Of a stretch of DNA of 31,079 nt, positions 16,324 through 25,093 are shown one piece after another. The stretch is from an uncultured Lentisphaeria bacterium. GTDB lineage: Bacteria; Verrucomicrobiota; Lentisphaeria; Victivallales; Victivallaceae. The first letter of the stretch is position 1. Each line of letters begins with the position of its first letter. Below the pieces are notes generated by a model. That model did no database searches. It was not told where the DNA came from and saw nothing but the letters and a program-made list of their open reading frames with translations. The DNA lies in NCBI GenBank assembly GCA_949298665.1, contig CASFXO010000097.1, positions 1 to 31,079 on the forward strand, given 5' to 3'. The translations under genes and the position numbers were made by a program.

Positions 16324-17628
16324 ATGTTGTTTCAACGGGAAATCCCCATTCGCGACACCTATGACGTCTGCGTGGTCGGCGGCGGTCCGGCCGGGGTGGC
16401 GGCGGCGGTCGTCGCCGCGCGGCAGGGGGCGCGGGTGTTTCTGGCGGAGGCGAACGGCTGCCTGGGGGGGATGGGAACGGCCGGCGGGGTGCCGATGTAC
16501 ATGACGTTCGGGAACGGGGTGGACTTCTGTGCGGACGGTTTCGGGCGTGAAGTGCGCGACCGGCACGCCGCCGAAGGGGTGATTCACGGCAATCCCGATT
16601 TCATCAACATCGAACGGCTCAAGCGGATTTACGACGACCTGCTGGAAGGCGCGGGCGTGGAGTTTTCGCTGATGACCGAACTCATTGCGGCGGAAACGGC
16701 GGACGGCGGGATCACCGCGGCGGTGTTTCACGCCAAGAGCGGTCTCTTCGCCGTCGGCGCGCGGGTGTTTGTGGACGGCACGGGGGACGGCGACCTGGCG
16801 GCTTACGCCGGGAACCGGACGGAAAAAGGCGACGAAAACGGCGCGGTGATGCCGTCCACGCTCTGTTCCGGCTGGGCCGGGATCGACTGGGAACGGTTCC
16901 GGGCGTCCGGCGACAAGCCGCGGGAGATTCTGTTCAAGGCGTTCGAGGACGGGATTTTCCGTCACAACGACCCGCACCACACCGGCATCAATCCGACCGG
17001 GAACCACCTCGGCGGCGGCAATATGGGGCACCTCTTCGGCCTGGATCCGCTGGATGAGAAGTCGCTGACCGCCGGTCTGGTGGAGGGGCGGCGGCAGATG
17101 GTGGAATTCCAGCGCTATTACCGGGAGTACATCACCGGATACGAGCAGGTGGAGCTGACCTTTACCGCTGCTCTGCCGGGGATTCGGGAATCGCGGCGGG
17201 TGGTCGGGGATTACGTGCTCGATCTGGACGATTACAAGGCGCGGCGGGTCTTTGACGATGAAATCGGCCGCTATTGTTACGGCATCGACATTCACCCCGC
17301 GTCCACCTCGGCGGCGGATCAGGAGGAATTCAAGCGTTTGAATGTCGGCATGCATTATGACCGCGGCGAGAGCTACGGTATTCCCTACCGGTGTTTGGTG
17401 GCGGCGGACTGCCGGAATCTGCTGGTGGCGGGCCGCTGCATCAGCTGCGACCGTTACGTGCAGGCGTCGATCCGGGTGATGCCGGGCTGTTACATTACGG
17501 GACAGGCCGCGGGCATGGCCGCCGCCCTGGCCGCCGGAAACGACGGCGACGTTCGGACCGTTGCCGTCGGCGAACTCCAGCGGAAGCTGAAGAAAATGGG
17601 GGCGTTCCTGCCCAACTGCCGGGGATGA
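16324..17628 (+). CDS. FAD-dependent oxidoreductase (PF12831-like), paralog of 9826..11136
   Basis: DVCVVGGGPAG, FVDGTGDGDLA, RESRR, YGIPYRC, RCISCD, GQAAGMAAA. SD AAGGAG upstream. Confidence 0.9.
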   Translation: MLFQREIPIRDTYDVCVVGGGPAGVAAAVVAARQGARVFLAEANGCLGGMGTAGGVPMYMTFGNGVDFCADGFGREVRDRHAAEGVIHGNPDFINIERLKRIYDDLLEGAGVEFSLMTELIAAETADGGITAAVFHAKSGLFAVGARVFVDGTGDGDLAAYAGNRTEKGDENGAVMPSTLCSGWAGIDWERFRASGDKPREILFKAFEDGIFRHNDPHHTGINPTGNHLGGGNMGHLFGLDPLDEKSLTAGLVEGRRQMVEFQRYYREYITGYEQVELTFTAALPGIRESRRVVGDYVLDLDDYKARRVFDDEIGRYCYGIDIHPASTSAADQEEFKRLNVGMHYDRGESYGIPYRCLVAADCRNLLVAGRCISCDRYVQASIRVMPGCYITGQAAGMAAALAAGNDGDVRTVAVGELQRKLKKMGAFLPNCRG

Positions 17629-17684
17629 CGTGCTGTGAAGAGAGCTCCGTCCGGGGGGAAATGCATCGAAGGCGGAGGTTGGAA

Positions 17685-17711
17685 ATGAAACATGCCGTGA
17701 TATTGACCTGA
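17685..17711 (+). CDS. Putative 8-aa upstream ORF (MKHAVILT)
   Basis: Strong SD GGAGGT (17674-17679) 5 nt before ATG 17685. Its TGA (17709-17711) lies 1 nt before the decarboxylase ATG. Confidence 0.35.
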   Translation: MKHAVILT

Positions 17712-17712
17712 A

Positions 17713-18930
17713 ATGAAAGAAAATTTTGCGGAAAGTGAGCGGAGCGGACGCCATGCGCGTCCCGGGGCGCCGGAGATGGCGCGGCTGAACGCCTGTGCCC
17801 GGGAGCTGGTGGCGCGCCGTTTTCTGCAGATGGGTTATCCCTTTGATCAGGACGTCGGCCTGAAGGGGTTTTACGAATGGCTGCTGGAAACCGGCCTGCA
17901 GGATGTGACGCTGATCAACGTCGGCGACCCCTACAAGACGGAATGGGACATGCTCAATACGGATGAATTTGAGCGCAAGGCGATCGATTTTCTGGCGGAC
18001 GGCTTCGGTTTCCGCGGCGGGCACTGGGGCGTGGTGACCAACGGCGGGACCGACTGCAACATGCACGGGGTTTATTTCGGACGAAAGGCGCTGGCGGCGC
18101 GTTCTCCGCTGCCGCCGATTCTGTATGTGTCGGAGGAGGCGCATTATTCCGTCCGGAAACTGGGGGATATCCAGAATCTCGAAACGCGCGTGATCCGGGC
18201 CCACGCCGACGGGGCGATGGATACCGAAGACCTGCGCCGCCGCCTGGAGCCGTCGCGCCCGGCGCTGGTGGCGATTGCCGTCGGAGGGACGTTCAAGGGG
18301 GCGATCGACGACCAGAAGGCGATCGACGCGGTGTTGCGGGAGGTACGGCCGGTGGCGGTCTACCGGCATCTGGACGTGGCGTTGTTCGGGGGATATCTGC
18401 CGTATCTGGACGACCCGGAAGCACGGGAGGTGGTGGATGCGGCGTCGATGCATTTCGACTCGCTGGCGGTATCCGGACATAAGTTTCTGGCGTTGAACGA
18501 GCCGGCGGGAGTTTTCATCTGCCGGAAGGAGATTCTGGACGATCTGCAGTCGATTCCGGTGCCGTATCTGAACGGGGTGATTCCGACGATCAGCTGTTCC
18601 CGCAGCGGGTTCGATCCGCTGAAACTGTACTGGCGGATTGCCGCCACCGGGCGCGAGGGGTTTCGAAAACAGGCGGAGCACGTGCTGGCCATGACCGCGC
18701 TGCTGCGGCGGGAACTGGAGGCGCGCGGTGTGCATCCGCTGGTCAACCGCTGGTCGAATACGGTCATTTTCCCGCGTCCTGCGGCGGCGGTGGTGCATCG
18801 CTATTGCATGGCGTGCAGTGAGGATGCTCATTACGGGAAATTGGCCCACGTGGTGGTGATGCAGTATTTTCAGCCGGACCTGATCCGGCAGTTGGCGGCG
18901 GACATCGCTGGAGGAATTCAAAATGAATGA
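17713..18930 (+). CDS. Group II PLP-dependent decarboxylase, histidine/serine decarboxylase-like
   Basis: MGYP, NVGDPY, WGVVTNGGT..N.HG, YVSEEAHYS, G.TFKGAIDD, HLDVALFGG, SLAVSGHKF (PLP lysine at 18481-18483), SCSRSG. Confidence 0.85.
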   Translation: MKENFAESERSGRHARPGAPEMARLNACARELVARRFLQMGYPFDQDVGLKGFYEWLLETGLQDVTLINVGDPYKTEWDMLNTDEFERKAIDFLADGFGFRGGHWGVVTNGGTDCNMHGVYFGRKALAARSPLPPILYVSEEAHYSVRKLGDIQNLETRVIRAHADGAMDTEDLRRRLEPSRPALVAIAVGGTFKGAIDDQKAIDAVLREVRPVAVYRHLDVALFGGYLPYLDDPEAREVVDAASMHFDSLAVSGHKFLALNEPAGVFICRKEILDDLQSIPVPYLNGVIPTISCSRSGFDPLKLYWRIAATGREGFRKQAEHVLAMTALLRRELEARGVHPLVNRWSNTVIFPRPAAAVVHRYCMACSEDAHYGKLAHVVVMQYFQPDLIRQLAADIAGGIQNE

Positions 18931-19252
18931 CATGGAACAACGGGCGGCGGAGATTTTCGGCCGCGTTCCGAAAACGCACAATTGTGCTCAAACCATCGCC
19001 GCCGCCGCCGGGCGCGACGATCTGGTGGAAACACTGCAACCCTGTGGCGGCGGCCGTGCTCCGGAAGGGCGCTGCGGCGCTCTTCACGCGGCCTGTCTGA
19101 TCGCGCCGGAAGCGGAACGGGAGCGGCTGCGGCAGGCTTTCCGCGATGAATTCGGCACGGAAAACTGCCGGGAACTGAAACAGCGCGGCATTCCCTGTGC
19201 CGTCTGTGTCGCCGTCGCCGCCCGGCTGCTGGATGAAGCACTGAGCCGCTGA
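18923..19252 (+). CDS. C-GCAxxG-C-C family putative redox-active protein
   Basis: HNCAQT...GRCGALHAA...FRDEFGTENCREL...IPCAVCV. Start overlaps the decarboxylase stop (ATGAATGA). Confidence 0.8.
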   Translation: MNDMEQRAAEIFGRVPKTHNCAQTIAAAAGRDDLVETLQPCGGGRAPEGRCGALHAACLIAPEAERERLRQAFRDEFGTENCRELKQRGIPCAVCVAVAARLLDEALSR

Positions 19253-19300
19253 CGCATTTCCCCGTGTACGGTCAGCCGTGCCGTCACCGCTGTCTGGGAC

Positions 19301-20491
19301 TTAAATGTGCACCAGCAGCCCCTTCAGGTAAAAGGATTCCGGGACGGCCAGCGCAGTCGGATGATCGGCGGCCTGTTCCAGACGCCGGATGATGCGCCCG
19401 TTCACGCCGGCTTCGAGCGCGGCGTCGGCGGTGATTTTCTGGAAAAGCTCCGGCGTCATCAGGCCGGAGCAGGAGAACGTCGCCAGCATTCCGCCGGGGT
19501 TCAGCAGCTGGAAGCCCAGCCGGGCGATGTCCTGATACGCCCGGCAGCCCCGGGGCAGGGCTGCTTTGCCGTCCACGAATTTGGGCGGATCCAGAATGAC
19601 CAGGTCAAATCGCTGTTGCGTGTCCCGGCATTCCCGGAGTGCCTCGAAGACGTCCTGACGGCGGTTTTCGTACCGGTCCGGACCGAAGCCGTTGAGGCGG
19701 CAGTTTTCCGCCGCCAGCGCCAATGCAGGTCCGGAAGAGTCCACATTGACGACATGCCGCGCGCCTCCCGCCAGCGCCGCGACGGCGAATGCCCCGGTAT
19801 AGGAAAAGCAGTTCAAAACCGTTTTCCCCGCCGCCGTCTGCCCGATTGCTGTCCGGCCGGCACGCTGGTCGAGATAGAACCCGGTTTTGTGTCCATGGCG
19901 GACGTCGACCAGCAGCCGGAGGTCGTTTTCCCGGATTTCGATGGTGTCGGGCGGGGCTTCGCCGAGCAGCACGCCGGTACGTTCCGGCAATTGTTCCCGG
20001 GCGCGGACGGAGACGTCGGACCGTTCGTAAACGCCGCGGCAGCCGGTGGCTTCCCGCAGCAGTTCCGCCAGCAGTTTCCGTTGCCGTTCCGCCCCGGCGC
20101 TGAGGATCTGGAGCACGATGAATTCTCCGTAGCGGTCGGCGATCAGACCGGGCAATCCGTCCGCTTCGGATGCGATGAGGCGGCAGCCGCCCTCCGGTAT
20201 GTCCAGTCCGACGGCGTGCCGCAACCGCAGCGCGGCGGCAATGCGGTCGGCAAAGAAACCGCGGTCGATGACCGCTTCCGGAGCGAACGACCAGACCCGG
20301 CCGACGATCTGCGAAGCCGGAGAAAACGCGGCATGCGCCAGCAGCCGTTGATGCGCGTCCCGGACTTCGACGGTATCACCGGGGGCGGGATCGCCGCTGA
20401 CGCTTTTGACGGCTCCGGAAAAGATCCAGGGATGACGGCGCAGCAGGGATTTTTCACGTCCCGGCAGCAGATGCAGACAGGGAGAAGTCAT
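19301..20491 (-). CDS. rlmI: 23S rRNA m5C1962 methyltransferase (RlmI/YccW family)
   Basis: N-terminal PUA domain (EKSLLRRHPWIFSGAV), SEADGLPGLIADRYG, GHKTGFYLDQR, VLNCFSYTGAF, DLVILDPPKF, FSCSG, YLKG. Confidence 0.9.
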   Translation of the reverse strand: MTSPCLHLLPGREKSLLRRHPWIFSGAVKSVSGDPAPGDTVEVRDAHQRLLAHAAFSPASQIVGRVWSFAPEAVIDRGFFADRIAAALRLRHAVGLDIPEGGCRLIASEADGLPGLIADRYGEFIVLQILSAGAERQRKLLAELLREATGCRGVYERSDVSVRAREQLPERTGVLLGEAPPDTIEIRENDLRLLVDVRHGHKTGFYLDQRAGRTAIGQTAAGKTVLNCFSYTGAFAVAALAGGARHVVNVDSSGPALALAAENCRLNGFGPDRYENRRQDVFEALRECRDTQQRFDLVILDPPKFVDGKAALPRGCRAYQDIARLGFQLLNPGGMLATFSCSGLMTPELFQKITADAALEAGVNGRIIRRLEQAADHPTALAVPESFYLKGLLVHI

Positions 20492-22071
20492 GGTACACGG
20501 TTCCTTGTTACGGGAGGGAGGTTCAATTCGGGAATGACGGAGCGCCGGGCGATGACCAGCAGCCCGTTGTGGCGGAAAACCAGCCGGTATTCCGGATTTT
20601 CAAGGAGCCTGGTCAGGCAGGCGTTCAGGTCCGAAACCGGCGTGAATCCGGCGTAATTGTCATGGTCGAAAACATACACGTCGCTGCCTTCCGGCGGGCC
20701 CGGAATCGAATAGACCCGGCGGTGGCGGATAAACAGCGGTCCCGGTTCGTTCTGGGCGGTGACGCTCAGGTGGCGCGGAATCATCTGCAGCAGGATTTCC
20801 CGGGTTTCCGCCGCCTGGGCGTCGGCTGCGAGCATGGCCGCGTACCAGTCGGCGCGCAGCGGCAGGGAGAGCAAGCCCGGGTGCAGATTGCGGTTCCACC
20901 CCGGAACGTAGGAGTAATAGCGCGTCATCGGCAGGTCGCAGCACAGAATGTGGACGCTCAATGCCAGCAGCAAGGCGAAAAGCCACGCGGTTCCGGGCGT
21001 CGCCCGAAGTCGGAGTTTCCGCCTCCGGACGGCGGCGCGCAGGGTCCGCGCTCCGATCAGGGCCGCCACCGGCGTGACGCCGATCAATGCCGAGGCGTAA
21101 TGGCTGACCAGCAGATTCTGGTGCGGTGCTCCGGAAATCAGCTGGATCCCGAGGACCGGAGCAAAGAGCAGAAAAAATCCTCTCCAGCTGGCCGCCGGCA
21201 ACAGGGCGAACGGCAGCAGCACGCTCAGCAGCACGCCGGGCATATGGGGGGAGAACAGCCGTTTCACCATGGCGACAAGATTACCGGGACTGACCTCATA
21301 GCGGCCGTAATGCCAGTAGTCGCTGTGCATGATCCAGGGAAAATAGACTTTCAAAATGAAGAGCGTCCAGCATCCCGCCGCGGCGAGCAGGAACAGGCCG
21401 TCTTTTCTCCGGCCCCGCCGGGAAAGGCAGTAGAGACCGACTGCCCCGAGCGGAATCACGAAATCCTCCTTGATCAGCGGCACGGCCGCCAGCAACAGCA
21501 GAAAGCCCCATTTTCGGCCGTGTGCCCGGGCCAGAAACGCCCCGAAGAAAAACAGCGGAAACAGACATTCGATATGAAAGTCAAACAGCGCCATCCGGGA
21601 AAAATACGGGTTCAGCAGATACATCGCCGTCAAAATCAGCGGCGGGCCCGGCCTGGAAAAACAGCGTCGGGCCAGCGCATACAGCAGCGGCGCCGCTCCC
21701 GCCAGCGCCGCCACCTGAACCAGTACCAGCCATCCGGGCGAATCCTGAATCCAGTACAACGGTACCAGCAGCAGCACCAGCGGGGAGAAATGGTCGAAGG
21801 CCCCCCCCCGGAAATCCTGCATCCAGCCCTGACCCGTTGCCGCCAGATGCAGCAGCGAGTCGTAGATGCCGAAGTCCCACAGCCCCATCTGCAGCGCTTC
21901 CAGCTTGAAGCAGCCGAGCAAACCGTAAACCAGCGCCGTCACGATAGTCATGACCGCGACGACCCGCTGCGCCGTGGCCTCCGTTTCCGGTCCCCGGCAG
22001 AAACGGCACAACAGCAGCGTGCCGAGTGCCGCCGCCGTTACGGCAAGCAGAATAATCCAATAGTAATTCAT
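20488..22071 (-). CDS. DUF2079 family integral membrane protein (GT-C-like)
   Basis: Many TM segments, WDFGIYD after TM1, DHFSPLVLLLVPLYW, YLLNP, FDFHIE, KED, HYSA-like HYASA. Stop overlaps the rlmI start (ATGA). Confidence 0.8.
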   Translation of the reverse strand: MNYYWIILLAVTAAALGTLLLCRFCRGPETEATAQRVVAVMTIVTALVYGLLGCFKLEALQMGLWDFGIYDSLLHLAATGQGWMQDFRGGAFDHFSPLVLLLVPLYWIQDSPGWLVLVQVAALAGAAPLLYALARRCFSRPGPPLILTAMYLLNPYFSRMALFDFHIECLFPLFFFGAFLARAHGRKWGFLLLLAAVPLIKEDFVIPLGAVGLYCLSRRGRRKDGLFLLAAAGCWTLFILKVYFPWIMHSDYWHYGRYEVSPGNLVAMVKRLFSPHMPGVLLSVLLPFALLPAASWRGFFLLFAPVLGIQLISGAPHQNLLVSHYASALIGVTPVAALIGARTLRAAVRRRKLRLRATPGTAWLFALLLALSVHILCCDLPMTRYYSYVPGWNRNLHPGLLSLPLRADWYAAMLAADAQAAETREILLQMIPRHLSVTAQNEPGPLFIRHRRVYSIPGPPEGSDVYVFDHDNYAGFTPVSDLNACLTRLLENPEYRLVFRHNGLLVIARRSVIPELNLPPVTRNRVP

Positions 22072-22091
22072 GATGCCATAACATACACGCG

Positions 22092-22138
22092 CCGCCGCCG
22101 GTTTTCAATCCCGCCCCGGCGGGAATTCCCGGCGGCGG
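22092..22138. repeat. GC-rich inverted repeat between batA and DUF2079
   Basis: CCGCCGCCGG (22092-22101) pairs with CCGGCGGCGG (22129-22138), with an inner TCCCGCC/GGCGGGA stem. No U tract follows. Confidence 0.6.
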
Positions 22139-22165
22139 ACCGGCGTACGGCGCCATGGCTGGGGG

Positions 22166-23188
22166 TCAGGGCAGTTGCAGTTTCCAGGTGGATTCCGCCA
22201 GAAATCCACAGGCGAGCAGCGCGACGGCCAGCAGTGCGAGATCGGGCGCGATTTCCCGGTACTCGATGAATTTGGGCTGTTCAAAGCTGGTGGTTTCCAG
22301 CTGGTTGATTTCGTTCATGACCCGTTTCATGCCGTCTGCGTCGTCGGCGTGGAAGTACTGTCCGCCGGAATTGGCGGCGATGGCGCGCAGCATGTCTTCA
22401 TCGAATTCGTCGGCGACGGGTTGGAAGCGTCTGCCCGCGAAGGTGTCCACCGGGATGTAGGCGTTGTCGCTGCCGATACCCACGGTGTGGATGGTGACGC
22501 CGGATTCCCTGCCCAGTTCCGCCGTCTGCTGCGGGGTGAGCCGGTTGTCGACATTGTTCCGCCCGTCGGTGAAGAGCACCAGCACACGGCGCGGCGCGGC
22601 CGAATCCTTCAATCGGTGGATGCCGGAAGCCAGCGGCGCAGCCAGTCCGGTCTGATCCCCGATCAGCCCCGGTTGAAGCCGGTCCAGCTGGCCGAGCAGC
22701 CAGCCGTGGTCCAGTGTCGGCGGCACGATGCTGTACGCCATGGGGGCGAAGCCGATGAGACCGATGCGGTCATTGGGACGGCCCTGGACGAATTTGCGCA
22801 GTTCCTCCTTGGCGACTTCCAGACGGTTTTTGATACGGCCGCTTTCCAGACCGTTTTCCAGCGTCCGGGTGTCGCGGACATCGGGCGGCACGTCGATGGT
22901 CGCCATGCTGCCGGACAGGTCGAGCGCCAGAATGATGTCGATCCCCTGGGAGCGGATCACCACTTTTTCATCTCCGAAACGGGGGCGGGCCAGCGCCACG
23001 ATCAGGACGGCGGCAGCGGCAAAATAGAGCCAGTTCGGCAGACTGAGCCGCCGCCGACCGACCGCGGCGAACGGCGTCGCCGACGGTACGGTGATCGACG
23101 GATATTTCCGGTAACGGGCATAGTACCAGATCAACGGCAGCAGCAGTGCGAAGAGCGCCAGCGCCCACGGATAGGCCAGTTCAAACAC
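22166..23188 (-). CDS. batA: BatA-like VWA domain protein
   Basis: N-terminal BatA motif (FELAYPW.L...LLPL..Y; LARPRFG), MIDAS DLSGSM, DRIGLIGFA, LFTDGRNN, TVGIG, C-terminal TM. GTG start with SD AGGAGGTG. Confidence 0.85.
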   Translation of the reverse strand: MFELAYPWALALFALLLPLIWYYARYRKYPSITVPSATPFAAVGRRRLSLPNWLYFAAAAVLIVALARPRFGDEKVVIRSQGIDIILALDLSGSMATIDVPPDVRDTRTLENGLESGRIKNRLEVAKEELRKFVQGRPNDRIGLIGFAPMAYSIVPPTLDHGWLLGQLDRLQPGLIGDQTGLAAPLASGIHRLKDSAAPRRVLVLFTDGRNNVDNRLTPQQTAELGRESGVTIHTVGIGSDNAYIPVDTFAGRRFQPVADEFDEDMLRAIAANSGGQYFHADDADGMKRVMNEINQLETTSFEQPKFIEYREIAPDLALLAVALLACGFLAESTWKLQLP

Positions 23189-24158
23189 GGGACACCTCCT
23201 CTCCCTGCCGCTCCAGCGGAGACGGCGTGGTATGTTCCACGAGTTTCTCCGCGCCGTCGACGGCCCGGAGCAGCTGTTCCTCGTCCGGCGGCATCCGGGC
23301 GAATTTGACCAGATCGGCCGCTTCCAGAAATTCGCCGAGAAACGGTTTATCCCCGGCCGGCAGCGGCGTGTCGGGCGATTTCAGGTCCTCCAGAAATTCA
23401 TCCGTGGTCCGGACGGAGGCCGGCAGCCGGTAGCGTTCCTCCAGATAATTACGGACCAGATCCGTCAGCCGGACGAACGCGGTTTCCAGATGGATGCGGT
23501 GACTGCGCACTTCCGTGCGGAGTTGTTCCAGCGCCTCGGTGGTCCGGACCCAGGGCGGGCGCGGCGGCGCCGGTGCTTCCCGGCGGCGACGCAGCCACAG
23601 GAACAATCCAATTAACACCACTGCTGTGACCGCCACGGCGATCCACTGCAATTTCCGTCCGGAAGCCTGGCTGCCCGGTGGCACCATGCCGGCCAGTTCC
23701 AGATCGTCCTGACCGGTTTGCAGCGGCAGCACGGTCAGCGGCGGAATCGCTACGGTCAGTGTCTCCGGCTTTTCCGATGAGGACAAGGCCACGGCGATGG
23801 TTCCGGCGGCGGTTTCCCCGGGGCGCAGGGCCTGCAGGCGTGCGCGGATTTTCCAGTTGGCGCTGCTCCAGTGGTAAGCGTCGAAACGGATTTCCGCCGC
23901 TCCGTTCTGCACCGTATGTTCCGGTGGAGTAAGCCGCACTTCCCGCGGGCGCATATGCAGCGGCAGCCGCAAATCCAGCTCCACGGTTACCGGAGTGCCC
24001 AATTCCACTTCACGGGAGGGGAGAATCAGGGCGCTTTCCGGCATCGGCGGCAGCGGCAGCCGGAAGGACCAGCCGTACCCGGCCAGAACGACCACCGCCG
24101 CCAGCACCGGAACGACGGCCGCGGCGATCAGCAACAGATTTTTTCCGGATTGCTTCAT
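23181..24158 (-). CDS. Conserved membrane-anchored protein of MoxR/Bat operons (DUF4381/BatD-like)
   Basis: Ig-like beta region, central TM, then RLTDLVRNYLEERY......TTDEFL and ADLVKFA. It lies between DUF58 and batA, the usual position for this gene. Confidence 0.7.
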   Translation of the reverse strand: MKQSGKNLLLIAAAVVPVLAAVVVLAGYGWSFRLPLPPMPESALILPSREVELGTPVTVELDLRLPLHMRPREVRLTPPEHTVQNGAAEIRFDAYHWSSANWKIRARLQALRPGETAAGTIAVALSSSEKPETLTVAIPPLTVLPLQTGQDDLELAGMVPPGSQASGRKLQWIAVAVTAVVLIGLFLWLRRRREAPAPPRPPWVRTTEALEQLRTEVRSHRIHLETAFVRLTDLVRNYLEERYRLPASVRTTDEFLEDLKSPDTPLPAGDKPFLGEFLEAADLVKFARMPPDEEQLLRAVDGAEKLVEHTTPSPLERQGEEVSRV

Positions 24159-24161
24159 GGA

Positions 24162-25043
24162 TCACCCCCGGAACCGGCGGCGCCGCCGGTTGAAGAATTG
24201 AATCAGCGGTTTCAACGGATCCTCGCCGCTGCGGACGTCGATCAGATCCACCTTGGCGCGTTCGCAGACGCCGGTGCTTTCGTGCAGTTCGGCTGCCGCC
24301 GCCGCGTTCACCCGTTCCGCAGTGCGGTGCCCGCCGCCGATGGTGACCAGACGGCCGCTTTCGGCATCCTGCACCGTGACCGGGACGGTCAGCGGCCAGT
24401 GCAGTTCGGCCAGGTCGCGGAGACGCACGGCGACGACATCATGGCGACGATTCAGCACCTTCAATGTTTTTTCGTATTCTCCGGCGTCCAGAAAGTCGCT
24501 GATGAGAAAGATGACGCTGCGTTTGGACAGCAGGGCTCCGGCTTCCTTCAGGGCCAGGGAGATGTCCGTTCCCCGGCCCTGTGGTGCGAAAGCCAGCATC
24601 TCCCGGATCAGCCGCAGGGTGTGCGTGCGGCCCGAGCGTGGCGGCAGCAGCAGCTCCCGCCGGTCGCTGAAGAGCAGCAAGCCCACTTTGTCGCCGTTGC
24701 TGCCGGCGCTGAACGCCAGCAGTGCGGCGAGTTCCGCGGCGGTCCGGCGTTTGGTTTTCTCGCCGGAGCCGAAAGCCCCGGAGGCGGAAACGTCCACGAG
24801 GAGCATGACGTTGAGTTCCCGCTCTTCGATGTAGCGTTTGACATAAGGCGTGTTCATGCGGGCCGAGACGTTCCAGTCGATGTCCCGGATGTCGTCGTCG
24901 GTGGTGTATTCGCGGACTTCGTCGAATTCAATGCCGCGCCCTTTGAAAACGCTGTGATACGCGCCGCCGACGATTTCCTCGACGTCGCGGTTGGTCCGGA
25001 TTTCCAGCAGCCGGATCTGCTTCATGAGTTCAGGTGGCAACAT
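24162..25043 (-). CDS. DUF58 domain protein (VWA-like)
   Basis: FKGRGIEFDEVREY...DDIRDIDWNVSAR, EEREL, DVSASG, FLISDF. Confidence 0.92.
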   Translation of the reverse strand: MLPPELMKQIRLLEIRTNRDVEEIVGGAYHSVFKGRGIEFDEVREYTTDDDIRDIDWNVSARMNTPYVKRYIEERELNVMLLVDVSASGAFGSGEKTKRRTAAELAALLAFSAGSNGDKVGLLLFSDRRELLLPPRSGRTHTLRLIREMLAFAPQGRGTDISLALKEAGALLSKRSVIFLISDFLDAGEYEKTLKVLNRRHDVVAVRLRDLAELHWPLTVPVTVQDAESGRLVTIGGGHRTAERVNAAAAAELHESTGVCERAKVDLIDVRSGEDPLKPLIQFFNRRRRRFRG

Positions 25044-25093
25044 GGTTTTCGGATCCTCCCGTTCGCTTGATCGTGTGTGGAGAGGAGGAAAAC

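Noticed and set aside
16279-18981. 900-aa antisense ORF spanning two genes
   Set aside because: The opposite genes are in the same frame register, so their stop-poor antisense frames join. No domain signal.
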